Part shown: positions 40,208-49,243 of the stretch, in pieces
Layout of the letters: each line of letters opens with the position of its first letter
Position numbering within the stretch: position 1 is the first letter of the stretch
From: Methanosuratincola petrocarbonis
GTDB lineage: Archaea > Thermoproteota > Methanomethylicia > Methanomethylicales > Methanomethylicaceae
Reading direction: 5' to 3'
DNA: 64,000 nucleotides
Assembly (NCBI GenBank): GCA_030522375.1
Contig: CP130488.1
Coordinates: 1,253,005 to 1,317,004, forward strand
Position numbers and translations under genes: made by a program
The notes under the pieces: model-generated
What the model was told of the DNA's origin: nothing
The model's database searches: none
The model's input: only the letters and a program-made list of their open reading frames with translations

Positions 40208-41653
40208 TCAAACTGCTTGAGGAGCGCCTTGGATACGGGTAAGCCTTGCATGTTCATTCTCGTTACGGATGCATCCCGGATCAGGGAGTGTGAAGTCTCC
40301 GAAGTACCCGTACGCCCTGGCTCTGCACCCGCCGCAGACGAACCTGTAGTCGCAAGAGCCGCAGCCGCCCTGGAGAGCGCCTCTGTCCCTCAATTTGCGG
40401 AAGTCCTCCAGCTCGACCCAGAGGCGCTCAGGCGATTCTTCAAGGATGTTACCCACTTTCTTCGGAAGGAAGACGCACGGTGTGATGTCCCCGTTCGGTT
40501 CGAGAGCGATGTAGAAACGCCCTGCCCCGCAGCCCCCTATGAAATCGGCGAGCGAGTGGAGCTGCCCGGGGAGCTCGGTGTTTGAGAAGTGGGTAGGCAC
40601 GACGCTGCATGATGCGCCCTCTATCTCGAGCGCAACCCTCGCGAACTGCGGCGCGGTGGATAGGAGGTTTAACTTGCTCGTCTTCATCCTTCCCCAGAGC
40701 ATCCTGAGCAGATCCTCCCTCTCTCGGGGGGAGAGGTCGTTCTCCTCTATGAACCTCCCCCTGCCGGTAGGGACAAAGTTGTACATCATGAACCAGTCTA
40801 CCCCAAGATCCTCGCAGAGCTCTATCATCTCAGGGATTTCCTCGAGATTGTGCCTTGTGACGGTTGTGGCGATGTTCACGAAGAAACCGGCCTCAACGGA
40901 ATTCCTGATGCCCTCGACGGTCCTGGCGAACATGCCATCGACCCCCCTGAAAGAGTCGTGGGTCTCTGCCTTCGCCCCGTCGAGGCTTATCTGTAGGTAT
41001 TCGACCCCAGCTTCCCTGAGCTCTCTGCACCTCTCTTTCGTAAGGAGCACGCCGTTCGTTGCTATTGCAGTGTACAGCCCCCTTGAAGAGGAGTGCCTTG
41101 CTAGCTCGAGTATGTCCCTTCTGACCAGCGGCTCCCCTCCCGAGAATGCCAGGACTACCACGCCCCACTCAGCTATCCTGTCTATGACCCGCCGTGCATC
41201 CTCTGTGGAGAGATCCAGACCTGGATTCTGCCCTGCATTTGCATAGCAATGCTTGCAGCGCAGGTTGCAGCTGTTAGTCACATTCCAGACGACCTGGAAA
41301 GGGGCGCCTGGCACAAAGGGTCTCCGGACCCCGAAGAGGGAGATCCCCTTCACGACATTCGCGAGACCGCGCCTCCAGTACTTGTCCTTGAATCTATCTT
41401 TCATCTCCTCGCTGCTGGCGCCGAATGCCTTACCGCCCAACGACAGGAAGGCAGAAACCGATCTCTCAGCCATCCTGCACTTCAGGCATGCTTCCTCTCT
41501 GACTCCTGAGTAGAGCTCGAGCGCAACCTCGAGCCGCGACCGCCCGTCCTCAGGGCAATACTCGCTCATCCTGCGGAGGGCGAACTGTACTGGCTTGCTC
41601 TCTGCGAACGTTCCGAATATCTGAACAGCGGTTTTTGTATCCAAACCCAACAC
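40208..41653 (-). CDS. Radical SAM/SPASM-domain protein
   Basis: CNLRCKHC, SGGEPL, CGAG..GDITPC..C..C..CGGCRARA. Confidence 0.92.
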   Translation of the reverse strand: MLGLDTKTAVQIFGTFAESKPVQFALRRMSEYCPEDGRSRLEVALELYSGVREEACLKCRMAERSVSAFLSLGGKAFGASSEEMKDRFKDKYWRRGLANVVKGISLFGVRRPFVPGAPFQVVWNVTNSCNLRCKHCYANAGQNPGLDLSTEDARRVIDRIAEWGVVVLAFSGGEPLVRRDILELARHSSSRGLYTAIATNGVLLTKERCRELREAGVEYLQISLDGAKAETHDSFRGVDGMFARTVEGIRNSVEAGFFVNIATTVTRHNLEEIPEMIELCEDLGVDWFMMYNFVPTGRGRFIEENDLSPREREDLLRMLWGRMKTSKLNLLSTAPQFARVALEIEGASCSVVPTHFSNTELPGQLHSLADFIGGCGAGRFYIALEPNGDITPCVFLPKKVGNILEESPERLWVELEDFRKLRDRGALQGGCGSCDYRFVCGGCRARAYGYFGDFTLPDPGCIRNENEHARLTRIQGAPQAV

Positions 41654-41760
41654 CCCTGAGCGGCAGCACCGCTGTCGCTCACCTATGACTACTCTGGGAC
41701 GAATAAATTCTTATCCCTGAATATGTCCAGCGGCGTGTCATCTCCATGGGATGCAATGCT

Positions 41761-41790
41761 TTCTATACCCAGTCCTGAAGGTTGGGCTCA
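41761..41790 (-). repeat. Degenerate copy (D) of the IS605-like hairpin
   Basis: Minus strand TGAGCCCAACCTTCAGGACTGGGTATAGAA. Confidence 0.35.
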
Positions 41791-41814
41791 CATTAAGCTG
41801 GTAACGGCTAACGG

Positions 41815-42330
41815 TCAGGGTCTCTTGAATACGGATGGATAGAACCGCCGCAGACCCGCGACCGCAGCTGTAGACAGCACCAGGTTGACGATTATCGATG
41901 CAGTTATTGCGGGGATCATCGCGATCCAAGCCTCCAGGAAACCCGGGTAAGACTTGCTGATCGTGAGGGAGAGCGCGATCATTCCGGACGTGAAGACGTA
42001 GCGGCTGAGTTGGCCCAAGGCGACCGCTAGCACGGGGTTTACTCTCCTCGAGAGCCACGAGGTCAGGACGCCCATCATGCCGTCCCCGATGCCAGCAGGT
42101 ATCTCTATCAGCGCCTGACCTGTCCAAAGCGAGACGCCAATCCCCTTTATCAAGCCGACCGCGAATGCGGCAATACCCGGCGACGCAGCCGCTGCTATGG
42201 AGACAGGGGTTGATCCCAGGTTCGGGTTTCCGAGCGGGAACGAGACTCGGATGCTGCTCAGCACTATAGAGAGGGCGCCGAAGACCGCGACGTATATCAG
42301 AATGAAGGACCGCCTTTCTCTGGAGACCAT
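41815..42330 (-). CDS. ECF-transporter S-component-like membrane protein
   Basis: About 170 aa, 5-6 TM, AVFGALSIVL N-terminal helix and P..G..I pattern; last gene of the CoA operon. Confidence 0.65.
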   Translation of the reverse strand: MVSRERRSFILIYVAVFGALSIVLSSIRVSFPLGNPNLGSTPVSIAAAASPGIAAFAVGLIKGIGVSLWTGQALIEIPAGIGDGMMGVLTSWLSRRVNPVLAVALGQLSRYVFTSGMIALSLTISKSYPGFLEAWIAMIPAITASIIVNLVLSTAAVAGLRRFYPSVFKRP

Positions 42331-42331
42331 A

Positions 42332-43105
42332 TCACTGTTCCTCTGCGAGCCTGGTAAGGCGGTCCCTTATGTGGATGAGCATGTTGGAGAGGTTCTTCCT
42401 GTTGTCAAAGCTCTCAAGTATCTCCTTCAGAGCCGACCTGTCCTGGAATCTTAGCTCTTCAACGGCTGAGACCAAGTTGGGCAGCGCGCGTATTATGTTG
42501 TCGACTATAGTGATGTCTGCGGTCTGGGCGGTCCTAGAGAGCGGGTTCAGGTCGACGGTTATCACGAACTTGTTCGTCTTCTTCAGCGCCATTGTCCTGT
42601 CACCGTCCTCGAGCGGGACGAGCACCACATCCGCCGCATAGATCCCCCTGGGGTCGACCTTGCGCCTCTCGCTGAAGAGCTCGGGGATCCTCGCGCTAGC
42701 CGCCCGACCTACGCCGAGGACGCGCTTGGCGCCCGCCGCCATTAGCGAATCCCTGACTGCGAGCTCTCTCGCCCTGGTCCTGTAGAAGAGGTTGACCTCC
42801 AGAGGGGCAGGCACCGCCTCAGAAAGCCTGACCAGCTCGCCGGGGACCAGTGCAGCTGCATTTCCGTTTACTGATATGACAGGGTGAGAGGCAAGGAGAA
42901 GCGCGGCCGCGGCTGCCCTTGTCGCGAAGAGGGCCGCGGGGGTCGTCTCCTCGCCAATGAGGTAGTCAAAGGCCTCGCCCCTCCCGTGTGCGATCAGCCC
43001 AGACTTTGTGACGACATCCTTCTCCTCCCCTTCGACGAGTCTTTCCCTTATCAGTAGTGAGGCTGCCCTCACATGGTTTTTCGGTATTTTCAGACGGACT
43101 CCCAT
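42332..43105 (-). CDS. pps: Phosphopantothenate synthetase
   Basis: GLIAHGRGEAFDYLIGE, SVNGN, EVNLFYRT, VPLEDGDR, DLNPLSRT. Confidence 0.95.
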   Translation of the reverse strand: MGVRLKIPKNHVRAASLLIRERLVEGEEKDVVTKSGLIAHGRGEAFDYLIGEETTPAALFATRAAAAALLLASHPVISVNGNAAALVPGELVRLSEAVPAPLEVNLFYRTRARELAVRDSLMAAGAKRVLGVGRAASARIPELFSERRKVDPRGIYAADVVLVPLEDGDRTMALKKTNKFVITVDLNPLSRTAQTADITIVDNIIRALPNLVSAVEELRFQDRSALKEILESFDNRKNLSNMLIHIRDRLTRLAEEQ

Positions 43106-44043
43106 TCCAATCCACTCCTGTGAATTTCAGAGACTATCAGCTTGAGACCCCCAGGCATTTTCAGGTCGGCTGGGGGCGATTCGGATTGAACATGAACATC
43201 GGCGAGCGACCTAAGAGCATTTTTGAGCTGGTCACGCTCAACGATAGCGAAGACAAGCCCCTTCTTCGCCGATGGGGTCACTCCGGCTGCCTCATACCTC
43301 CTCAGCACGGATCGGACGATGTCGTTGGATAGGCCGACACCGTCCCAGAATCTCCTCGATTGGAGCATGAAGTTCTCGATCGTGGGGCTCTCGAGAAAAG
43401 CCTCAAGCGCCACCTTCCCCAACCGGTTTATCCGGTTCACGATGGGGCGCTCGGTGATCATTGCCTTGGTCTGGAATTCGGAGACCGGAGTGGAGATGAC
43501 CACATAGTCCTTGCTCAGGGGGATCTGCCTTGCCACGCCTACCCCCGGACTTCCTGGGGCCGTTCTCACCTCGAGCCCACCCACAGTCTCTGCAATCACG
43601 TCACCGAGACCGGTCTCATTCACGACCTCCGCGGCGTGGGCCACCGAAGCAACCTCCCTCAAGCTCATCCCCATCCTGAAGGCGCGGTTGATCGATATGG
43701 CTAGGCTCAGCGCCGAGGAGCCGCTCACTCCATACCCATAGTTAGCTGGCAGCACCGATTCCTGCTCCGCGGCGACGGCGTACCTCTCCTGAAACGGCAC
43801 CATCTTCGAAGCTACGTAGCTACAGGTAGGGGAAAAGAGTGGAGAGCCGTTGCACTTCAGCTCGAAGCCAGGGGCTTTCCCCTCTCGTGCCGAGAGCCTG
43901 GTCCTGACCCCGCCCGCTATGCAGATGCCTGCGCCCGTCGAGCCCGACCTGATCGGCTCTTCCGCTCTGCATATCGTGAAGAATCCCGTAATGTGCGCAG
44001 GGGCGTAACCCTCGCCAGCGATCGTATACCCTGAATCCGTCAC
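43090..44043 (-). CDS. pok: Pantoate kinase (GHMP family)
   Basis: PAHITGFF, GSTGAG, GYGVSGS, AEV..ETGLGDV. Confidence 0.9.
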   Translation of the reverse strand: MTDSGYTIAGEGYAPAHITGFFTICRAEEPIRSGSTGAGICIAGGVRTRLSAREGKAPGFELKCNGSPLFSPTCSYVASKMVPFQERYAVAAEQESVLPANYGYGVSGSSALSLAISINRAFRMGMSLREVASVAHAAEVVNETGLGDVIAETVGGLEVRTAPGSPGVGVARQIPLSKDYVVISTPVSEFQTKAMITERPIVNRINRLGKVALEAFLESPTIENFMLQSRRFWDGVGLSNDIVRSVLRRYEAAGVTPSAKKGLVFAIVERDQLKNALRSLADVHVQSESPPADLKMPGGLKLIVSEIHRSGLEWESV

Positions 44044-45281
44044 ACCCCAGCCCTCCTGAGGTAGAGGTCGAGCACCTGGCTGGCGACCTCCCTCTTCGGC
44101 TTAAGCGGCACATGGTAAGTCGATCCGTCGGGGAAGACCACGTATGTTTCGTTTGTCTCGGACATGAAACCCCTGCCCGGAAGGGAGAGGTCGTTAGCAA
44201 CAATCATGTCACATCCTGAATCGGAGAGCCTTGCGAGTGCCCTGGACATCAGCTCATCCTTCGCGAGCCCGTATTCAGCCTTGAAGCCTATGACAAAAGT
44301 GCGGGGGGATGTCCGCTTTGCCTCCGCAAGGATCTTGGGGAGAGGGATTAGCCTTAGGTCAACGGGGGAGTCGCTAGCGAGTTTCCCGTCGAATGTACCG
44401 TCGAACTCGAAATCCAGGGGGGCAGCCGCCATCACGAAAAGGTCGTAGGCAGACTCCGAGAGCTCTTTCATAACAGCGTCCCTCATCTCCCGGGTGGTCT
44501 CGACAGATATCACCTTTGCATTCAACCTTGGAAGTTCCACCGGTCCGGTTATGAGGGTGACCTCCGCGCCCCTAGCGGCAGCCTCAGCCGCAAACGCAAA
44601 CCCCATCTTCCCTGAGCTCGAGTTGGTCAGGAAGCGTATGCGGTCCATATATGCGCGCGTCGGACCCGATGTCACGAGCACCCTCAAGCCAGCCATGTCC
44701 TTCGGGCGGAGGGCTGCGATCGCCTCTTCGACAATTGCAGTCCAATCGATTAGCTTGGCCTTCCCCTCGGTGACCTCCGGGAGCAGCACGCGTACCCCCA
44801 TCGACTGTAGCCTCTTGATGTTCTCCAAGACTGCGGGATGGCGGTACATGCTCCCATGCATCGCTGGTGCAACTATCAACGGTATGCCAGAGCCTATAGC
44901 GGTCGTCGCAAGCGATGTGACGGGCGTGTCGTCTATTCCTGCCGCCATCTTGCCGACGGTGTTGGCGGTGGCTGGGGCTATAAGTACGAGGTCGGCGCTC
45001 CCCTCGCCGCCGTACCCAAGCGCCACATGTTCGATCCCGCCAGTAAGCCTGGTGACGACGGGGTTCCCGGTAGCCCACTCCATCAGGTCTGGGGAGATCA
45101 GCTGCCGGGCTGCGTCGGTCATTACTGCCCAAACTTCCCCTCCGTGGCGCATGAGCTCCCGGGCGATCTCTGGCGCCCTGATACAGGCTACGCTGCCGCA
45201 GATGCCGAGGGCTATACGCTTTCCCGCGATCAGCCTGCTCTTTGAACCAGTTATGTCCTTGGAGGGGTGAATGCTAGACAC
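44040..45281 (-). CDS. coaBC: Bifunctional phosphopantothenoylcysteine decarboxylase/ligase
   Basis: GSVA, APATANT, PAMH, TSGPT, NSSSGKMG, GFKAE. Confidence 0.96.
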   Translation of the reverse strand: MSSIHPSKDITGSKSRLIAGKRIALGICGSVACIRAPEIARELMRHGGEVWAVMTDAARQLISPDLMEWATGNPVVTRLTGGIEHVALGYGGEGSADLVLIAPATANTVGKMAAGIDDTPVTSLATTAIGSGIPLIVAPAMHGSMYRHPAVLENIKRLQSMGVRVLLPEVTEGKAKLIDWTAIVEEAIAALRPKDMAGLRVLVTSGPTRAYMDRIRFLTNSSSGKMGFAFAAEAAARGAEVTLITGPVELPRLNAKVISVETTREMRDAVMKELSESAYDLFVMAAAPLDFEFDGTFDGKLASDSPVDLRLIPLPKILAEAKRTSPRTFVIGFKAEYGLAKDELMSRALARLSDSGCDMIVANDLSLPGRGFMSETNETYVVFPDGSTYHVPLKPKREVASQVLDLYLRRAGV

Positions 45282-45313
45282 CGCCTACACTTCATGACGG
45301 GGCTATATATGTA

Positions 45314-45338
45314 ATTTATGCACGTATAACGCATAAAT
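45314..45338. promoter_or_regulatory. Candidate transcription-factor operator in the divergent coaBC/OSTC-like promoter
   Basis: Perfect inverted repeat ATTTATGC-N9-GCATAAAT next to TATA-like TATATAT. Confidence 0.45.
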
Positions 45339-45432
45339 GATAATTTTTTGATAGTTAACATAGATCACATATTTGAGTGCACCAATAAGAATAATAGATG
45401 CTAATGCGACACTCATCTGACGGTGGGAACGC

Positions 45433-45783
45433 TTGTACAGGGAGTTCTTCTCCAAGAGGAACCTGGCTTATCTCGCTGCCATTTTCACAATATTCCTCAC
45501 CAGCGGCGGGATCTACCTGATCGTGATGGAGCCGAGCGCGATGGTCTCGACAGGCACAGGGACGAGTTTCCTGGTCAGGTCGAGCAGCAGCCAGACGTCT
45601 ACAGAGTTCTTTGTGATATTCTTCCTCACGCTCGCCGGGATGCTGGGCTTCGTCGTCTTGGAAAGGTCGCTGCACAAGTCCTTCGATCTTGAGGGCGCGA
45701 AGCTAAAGTTCGTTGGTGGGACGGCACTGATCCTTATCGCAGTAATACTGATCGAGTACCTGCTCAGGGCCAAGCTCTACTAA
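45433..45783 (+). CDS. OSTC/DC2- or OST3/OST6-like 3-TM membrane protein
   Basis: FLTSGGIYLIVMEPS...SFL...SQT..EFF...GMLGFVVLERS...LLRAKL parallels eukaryotic OSTC; TTG start after GGTGGGA. Confidence 0.65.
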   Translation: MYREFFSKRNLAYLAAIFTIFLTSGGIYLIVMEPSAMVSTGTGTSFLVRSSSSQTSTEFFVIFFLTLAGMLGFVVLERSLHKSFDLEGAKLKFVGGTALILIAVILIEYLLRAKLY

Positions 45784-45789
45784 ACGGCT

Positions 45790-46272
45790 TCACCAGGGGT
45801 ACTTTTTCAGACCTAACCGATAGGCAAAGTAATTGGTCAGCAGGTGGATCGGCGGGGTAACTGCCATGATGAAGACTACCTGCTCGAGCGTGACCTGGTA
45901 AACAGGGTAGAGGAAGAGCAAGGCCCCTACCACAAAATCTAGCTGGTCCAGTAGGGGTGCAGGGTGCCCCCTCTCAATACCGATCCTGCGCTTTATGAAT
46001 GCCCCAAGGATGTCCCCCGAGAGGGCGCCGAGGGCGAGCAGGAAGGAGTGGATCGGGTAGCCAAACAGTGCCCCGGACAGGGTTCCCATAAATAGCCCAG
46101 CTAAGAAGCCCTCGAAGGTCTTTCCATCCCCCAGCACGCGACGCCCGTCTACCATCGACTTCCCGAAATCCATCGGGTGGCGCCCCCTCGCCAGAACCGG
46201 GACCGAGTTTGCTATGAATGCAGGCATGATTATCACGAACGAGGAGAATGCCAGGGCAAGGAGGTCAGTCAT
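45790..46272 (-). CDS. carS: CDP-archaeol synthase
   Basis: PAFIANSVPV, PMDFGK..DGRRVLGDGKT, GDILGAFIKRR, PLLDQLDF. Confidence 0.93.
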   Translation of the reverse strand: MTDLLALAFSSFVIIMPAFIANSVPVLARGRHPMDFGKSMVDGRRVLGDGKTFEGFLAGLFMGTLSGALFGYPIHSFLLALGALSGDILGAFIKRRIGIERGHPAPLLDQLDFVVGALLFLYPVYQVTLEQVVFIMAVTPPIHLLTNYFAYRLGLKKYPW

Positions 46273-46939
46273 TTCCAGTACCCATTCCGGAGAAACCTCT
46301 TGATGTAAGCCTTATTAATGCCTCACGCCGGGGTGCCGGCTTCAGTAGGGACGCCTTCCTGACTTCCCCATGGACCCGTTCCAGCCTGACTGCCCTGTCG
46401 GACCAGTAAGTCAGGATCGCGGAGGCGACAGGCACTGCCCCGCTCCCGTCAGGGACGTCCTTCACCTCGCTGGTGATCAGCACCGCCAAGCCCTTCCTCC
46501 TCGCCAGGTCTTTCAATATCGCGAGCTGCCTGTTGAGGATCTTGTTGGCAAGTATATTTTCGTCGTATTCCCCGAGCTCAACCCTGTACATCCCGGTTGC
46601 CGAGTCCAGCGCAAGAAAGGACGTTCCAGACGGGAGGCTGGTCTCCAGCAGCTCCACCACCGAGTCCTGCTCCTCGAAACTCTTAACCTCGACTATCCAT
46701 ATCCTCTCGCTCATCTGCTGCCAATTCTCGCCCGAGATCTCGGAGAGGCGGCGCAGAGGGAGGCGCCCTTCGGAGTAGATTATGACGCTGCCCGACCCGG
46801 AAGAGGCGGCGGAGGCGGCAGTCTGGAATACAAGGGACGTCTTGCCTGCCCCTCGCTCACCAAAGGCAAGGACGACCTCGCCCGGCCTCAGGCCTCCCTC
46901 CAGCAGGGAGTCGAGCTCAGCGCAGCCAGTCGGCACCAC
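46265..46939 (-). CDS. radB: RadB/RecA-superfamily ATPase
   Basis: LDSLLEGGL, GERGAGKT, LDSATGMYR. Confidence 0.75.
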   Translation of the reverse strand: MVPTGCAELDSLLEGGLRPGEVVLAFGERGAGKTSLVFQTAASAASSGSGSVIIYSEGRLPLRRLSEISGENWQQMSERIWIVEVKSFEEQDSVVELLETSLPSGTSFLALDSATGMYRVELGEYDENILANKILNRQLAILKDLARRKGLAVLITSEVKDVPDGSGAVPVASAILTYWSDRAVRLERVHGEVRKASLLKPAPRREALIRLTSRGFSGMGTGND

Positions 46940-47100
46940 AGATCCCCGGATCAGCTCTTTGCCCCCCTTCAGGTCAACCTTTTGAACTCTTGCTCATTTC
47001 TCTTATGATGTTTTCTCTTGCGCTCTAAGCTCTCCGGGAGGGTCTATGCGACCTGCAGTCAATAAACCATCTACCTCATTTGCCGAGGCGGGCAGGCAAC

Positions 47101-49098
47101 TCAAGGTCCGGCGCTTATGCGTCCCCTCCCCCTGTAGAAGTCGCCGATAAGGCGCGAGAGGCTGCCCTCACGATCCTCGACAGCAGTGATGCGTTCCCTG
47201 ATCCAAGCGGGCAGGAGGCGGCGCAAGTATGGGGATGCGAAACGGTAGTCCATGAAAACGACCACCCCCCTGTCCCCCAGGTTCCTGAAGGGCCTGCCGG
47301 CTGCCTGCGAGGCTTTCCTCATCGCGGGTATGGTGTATGCGTACTCCCTCCCTCTCCCCGGGAAGATAGACTCGTAGTAGCTTATCTGGGCGTTGACCTT
47401 CGCGGTGGGCTTCGGGTAAGGCACACCGACTATTATGACAGAGTTCATCTCGTCCCCGGGATAGTCTTCGCCTTCGCTGAACCTCCCTCCTGTGACCCCG
47501 AGAAGGACTGCGCCACCAGAGCGTGCCATCGACTTGTACTCCTCGATCAGGCGGTCCTGGTCGAGTGACCTGACCTTCTGCTGCTCCACGTAGATGGGCC
47601 TCCGGACGGCGGATTCAATCCCAGCTTCGATCAGGCCCTCCATCACGCCGTAGGAAGAGCAGAAAATGCCCGTGTTCCCAGGGGTGTTGGAGACGACCTC
47701 TGAGATCTTCGACACCATAAGGGAGTAGGACTCCTTGCCGCGCTGGTCGTAGAGCGTCGAGACCCCGCGGCAGACCAAGACAAGCGTCTGTTCCCTGCTG
47801 AAGGGCGATGGGAGGGCGGTCTTGAGTGTGGATCCAGGCAACCCCATCACAGAGGCGTATGCATCCAAATCCTCGAGCGTCCCAGACATGCTCACGGTAG
47901 CGGCAGCGGTATTTATCAACTCGGAGGTCGAGGTCCTTGGGTCGAGGGAGACGATCTCGATGGTCTTGGACCCCTCCCCCTCTTCGCTGTGTATTATGTG
48001 GACGAACTCCTTCCTACTCGAGGTTTCGTACGCCCTCAGGAAGAACTCGCCGAGGCGGTGTATGTAGGACCTGGGGATCCTCCCCTTGGAGAGGAGATCT
48101 ATTTTGATCCTCTCCCCGAACTCGTGAGCCTCCTCGAGGAAGATAGGCAGCGACTCGCTTATCCTCGCGGACTTCAGCGCCTGCTCCGCGACCGACTTGA
48201 GATCTACCACGTGCTCGCCGAACCCCTTCCCCTCGACTATCGATAGCACCGACTCGGCAAACCTTACGACGTCCGCCTTTCCGTAGTTGTCAGCCTCCCT
48301 CGAGCAGAGCAGGATTGAGTTGACCGAGATCCTGTCGCTTTCGTACTCGTTGACGGTCTCTGGGAGGTTGTGCGCCTCGTCGAGTATTACCACGTATTGG
48401 GATATGGACTGCCCCAGGCGCTTCACGAACGTATCCCTGATCTCCCTGTTGAAAAGGTAGGCATAGCTCAGCGCAACAACATCCATGTGCGGGAGTATGA
48501 GCTTAGTCATCTCGTAGGGGCAGAGCTCGCTAACCTTGGACTGGGAGATAAGGTCGAATGCAGCCGTGGGGGACTCGAGGAAATCTTCGATCAGATACTT
48601 CACCGTCTTGCCCTCCTCCTCGATGTTCTCGTGGTAGGGGCACTTCCTGCTCTTTATGAGGTCCGAGCAGAGCTCGGAGACCGTTCTGGGATCCCTGGAC
48701 AGGCGGAGCACGGCATCGTTGACGCACATCTCTGCCCTCCCACGGATCGAGATCCCCGTCACCTTCTCCCTCTTGCTTATCTCCGCGAGCTCCTCGATCA
48801 CCCTGTCGAGCTCCTTGTAAGTCCTTGCGGCGTAGAGTATCCGGAGACCCGCCGGCTTGCATGCCTGGAGGGCTCCCGCAAGGGATCCAGCTGTCTTCCC
48901 GAGGCCGCTTGCGCCGTCCACGACCGCGTGTGAACGCTTCTCAACTGCCTCGGAGACTACCCTAAGCAGCTCCTCCTGGTTCGGCTTGAATGATGGATAA
49001 GGGAAGTATCGCCACTCGGGAATCAACTGGGGTTGCTCCAAGCGATAAAAGGCTGCTCGGGGCGATTTAACGCTGTCGGATGGAAATCTGGCATGCAC
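47101..49098 (-). CDS. xpd: XPD/Rad3/DinG-family Fe-S DNA helicase (true start may be about 49041)
   Basis: GASGLGKT, four Fe-S Cys, LDEAH, SGTL, SEGEDY, QAAGR. Confidence 0.92.
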   Translation of the reverse strand: MHARFPSDSVKSPRAAFYRLEQPQLIPEWRYFPYPSFKPNQEELLRVVSEAVEKRSHAVVDGASGLGKTAGSLAGALQACKPAGLRILYAARTYKELDRVIEELAEISKREKVTGISIRGRAEMCVNDAVLRLSRDPRTVSELCSDLIKSRKCPYHENIEEEGKTVKYLIEDFLESPTAAFDLISQSKVSELCPYEMTKLILPHMDVVALSYAYLFNREIRDTFVKRLGQSISQYVVILDEAHNLPETVNEYESDRISVNSILLCSREADNYGKADVVRFAESVLSIVEGKGFGEHVVDLKSVAEQALKSARISESLPIFLEEAHEFGERIKIDLLSKGRIPRSYIHRLGEFFLRAYETSSRKEFVHIIHSEEGEGSKTIEIVSLDPRTSTSELINTAAATVSMSGTLEDLDAYASVMGLPGSTLKTALPSPFSREQTLVLVCRGVSTLYDQRGKESYSLMVSKISEVVSNTPGNTGIFCSSYGVMEGLIEAGIESAVRRPIYVEQQKVRSLDQDRLIEEYKSMARSGGAVLLGVTGGRFSEGEDYPGDEMNSVIIVGVPYPKPTAKVNAQISYYESIFPGRGREYAYTIPAMRKASQAAGRPFRNLGDRGVVVFMDYRFASPYLRRLLPAWIRERITAVEDREGSLSRLIGDFYRGRGRISAGP

Positions 49099-49243
49099 AT
49101 TCCTGGCTGCTTAGGCTAACCCGTGGCGCCTTCCCAGCACCAGCAGAGGCTTGTGCGGGGGACCGCCCCGGGAGGGTTAAGAAAGAATTGCGAACGAGAA
49201 TTGCAAAAAGGATTTAGCCCCTCAAGATCGATTAATATCAGCC

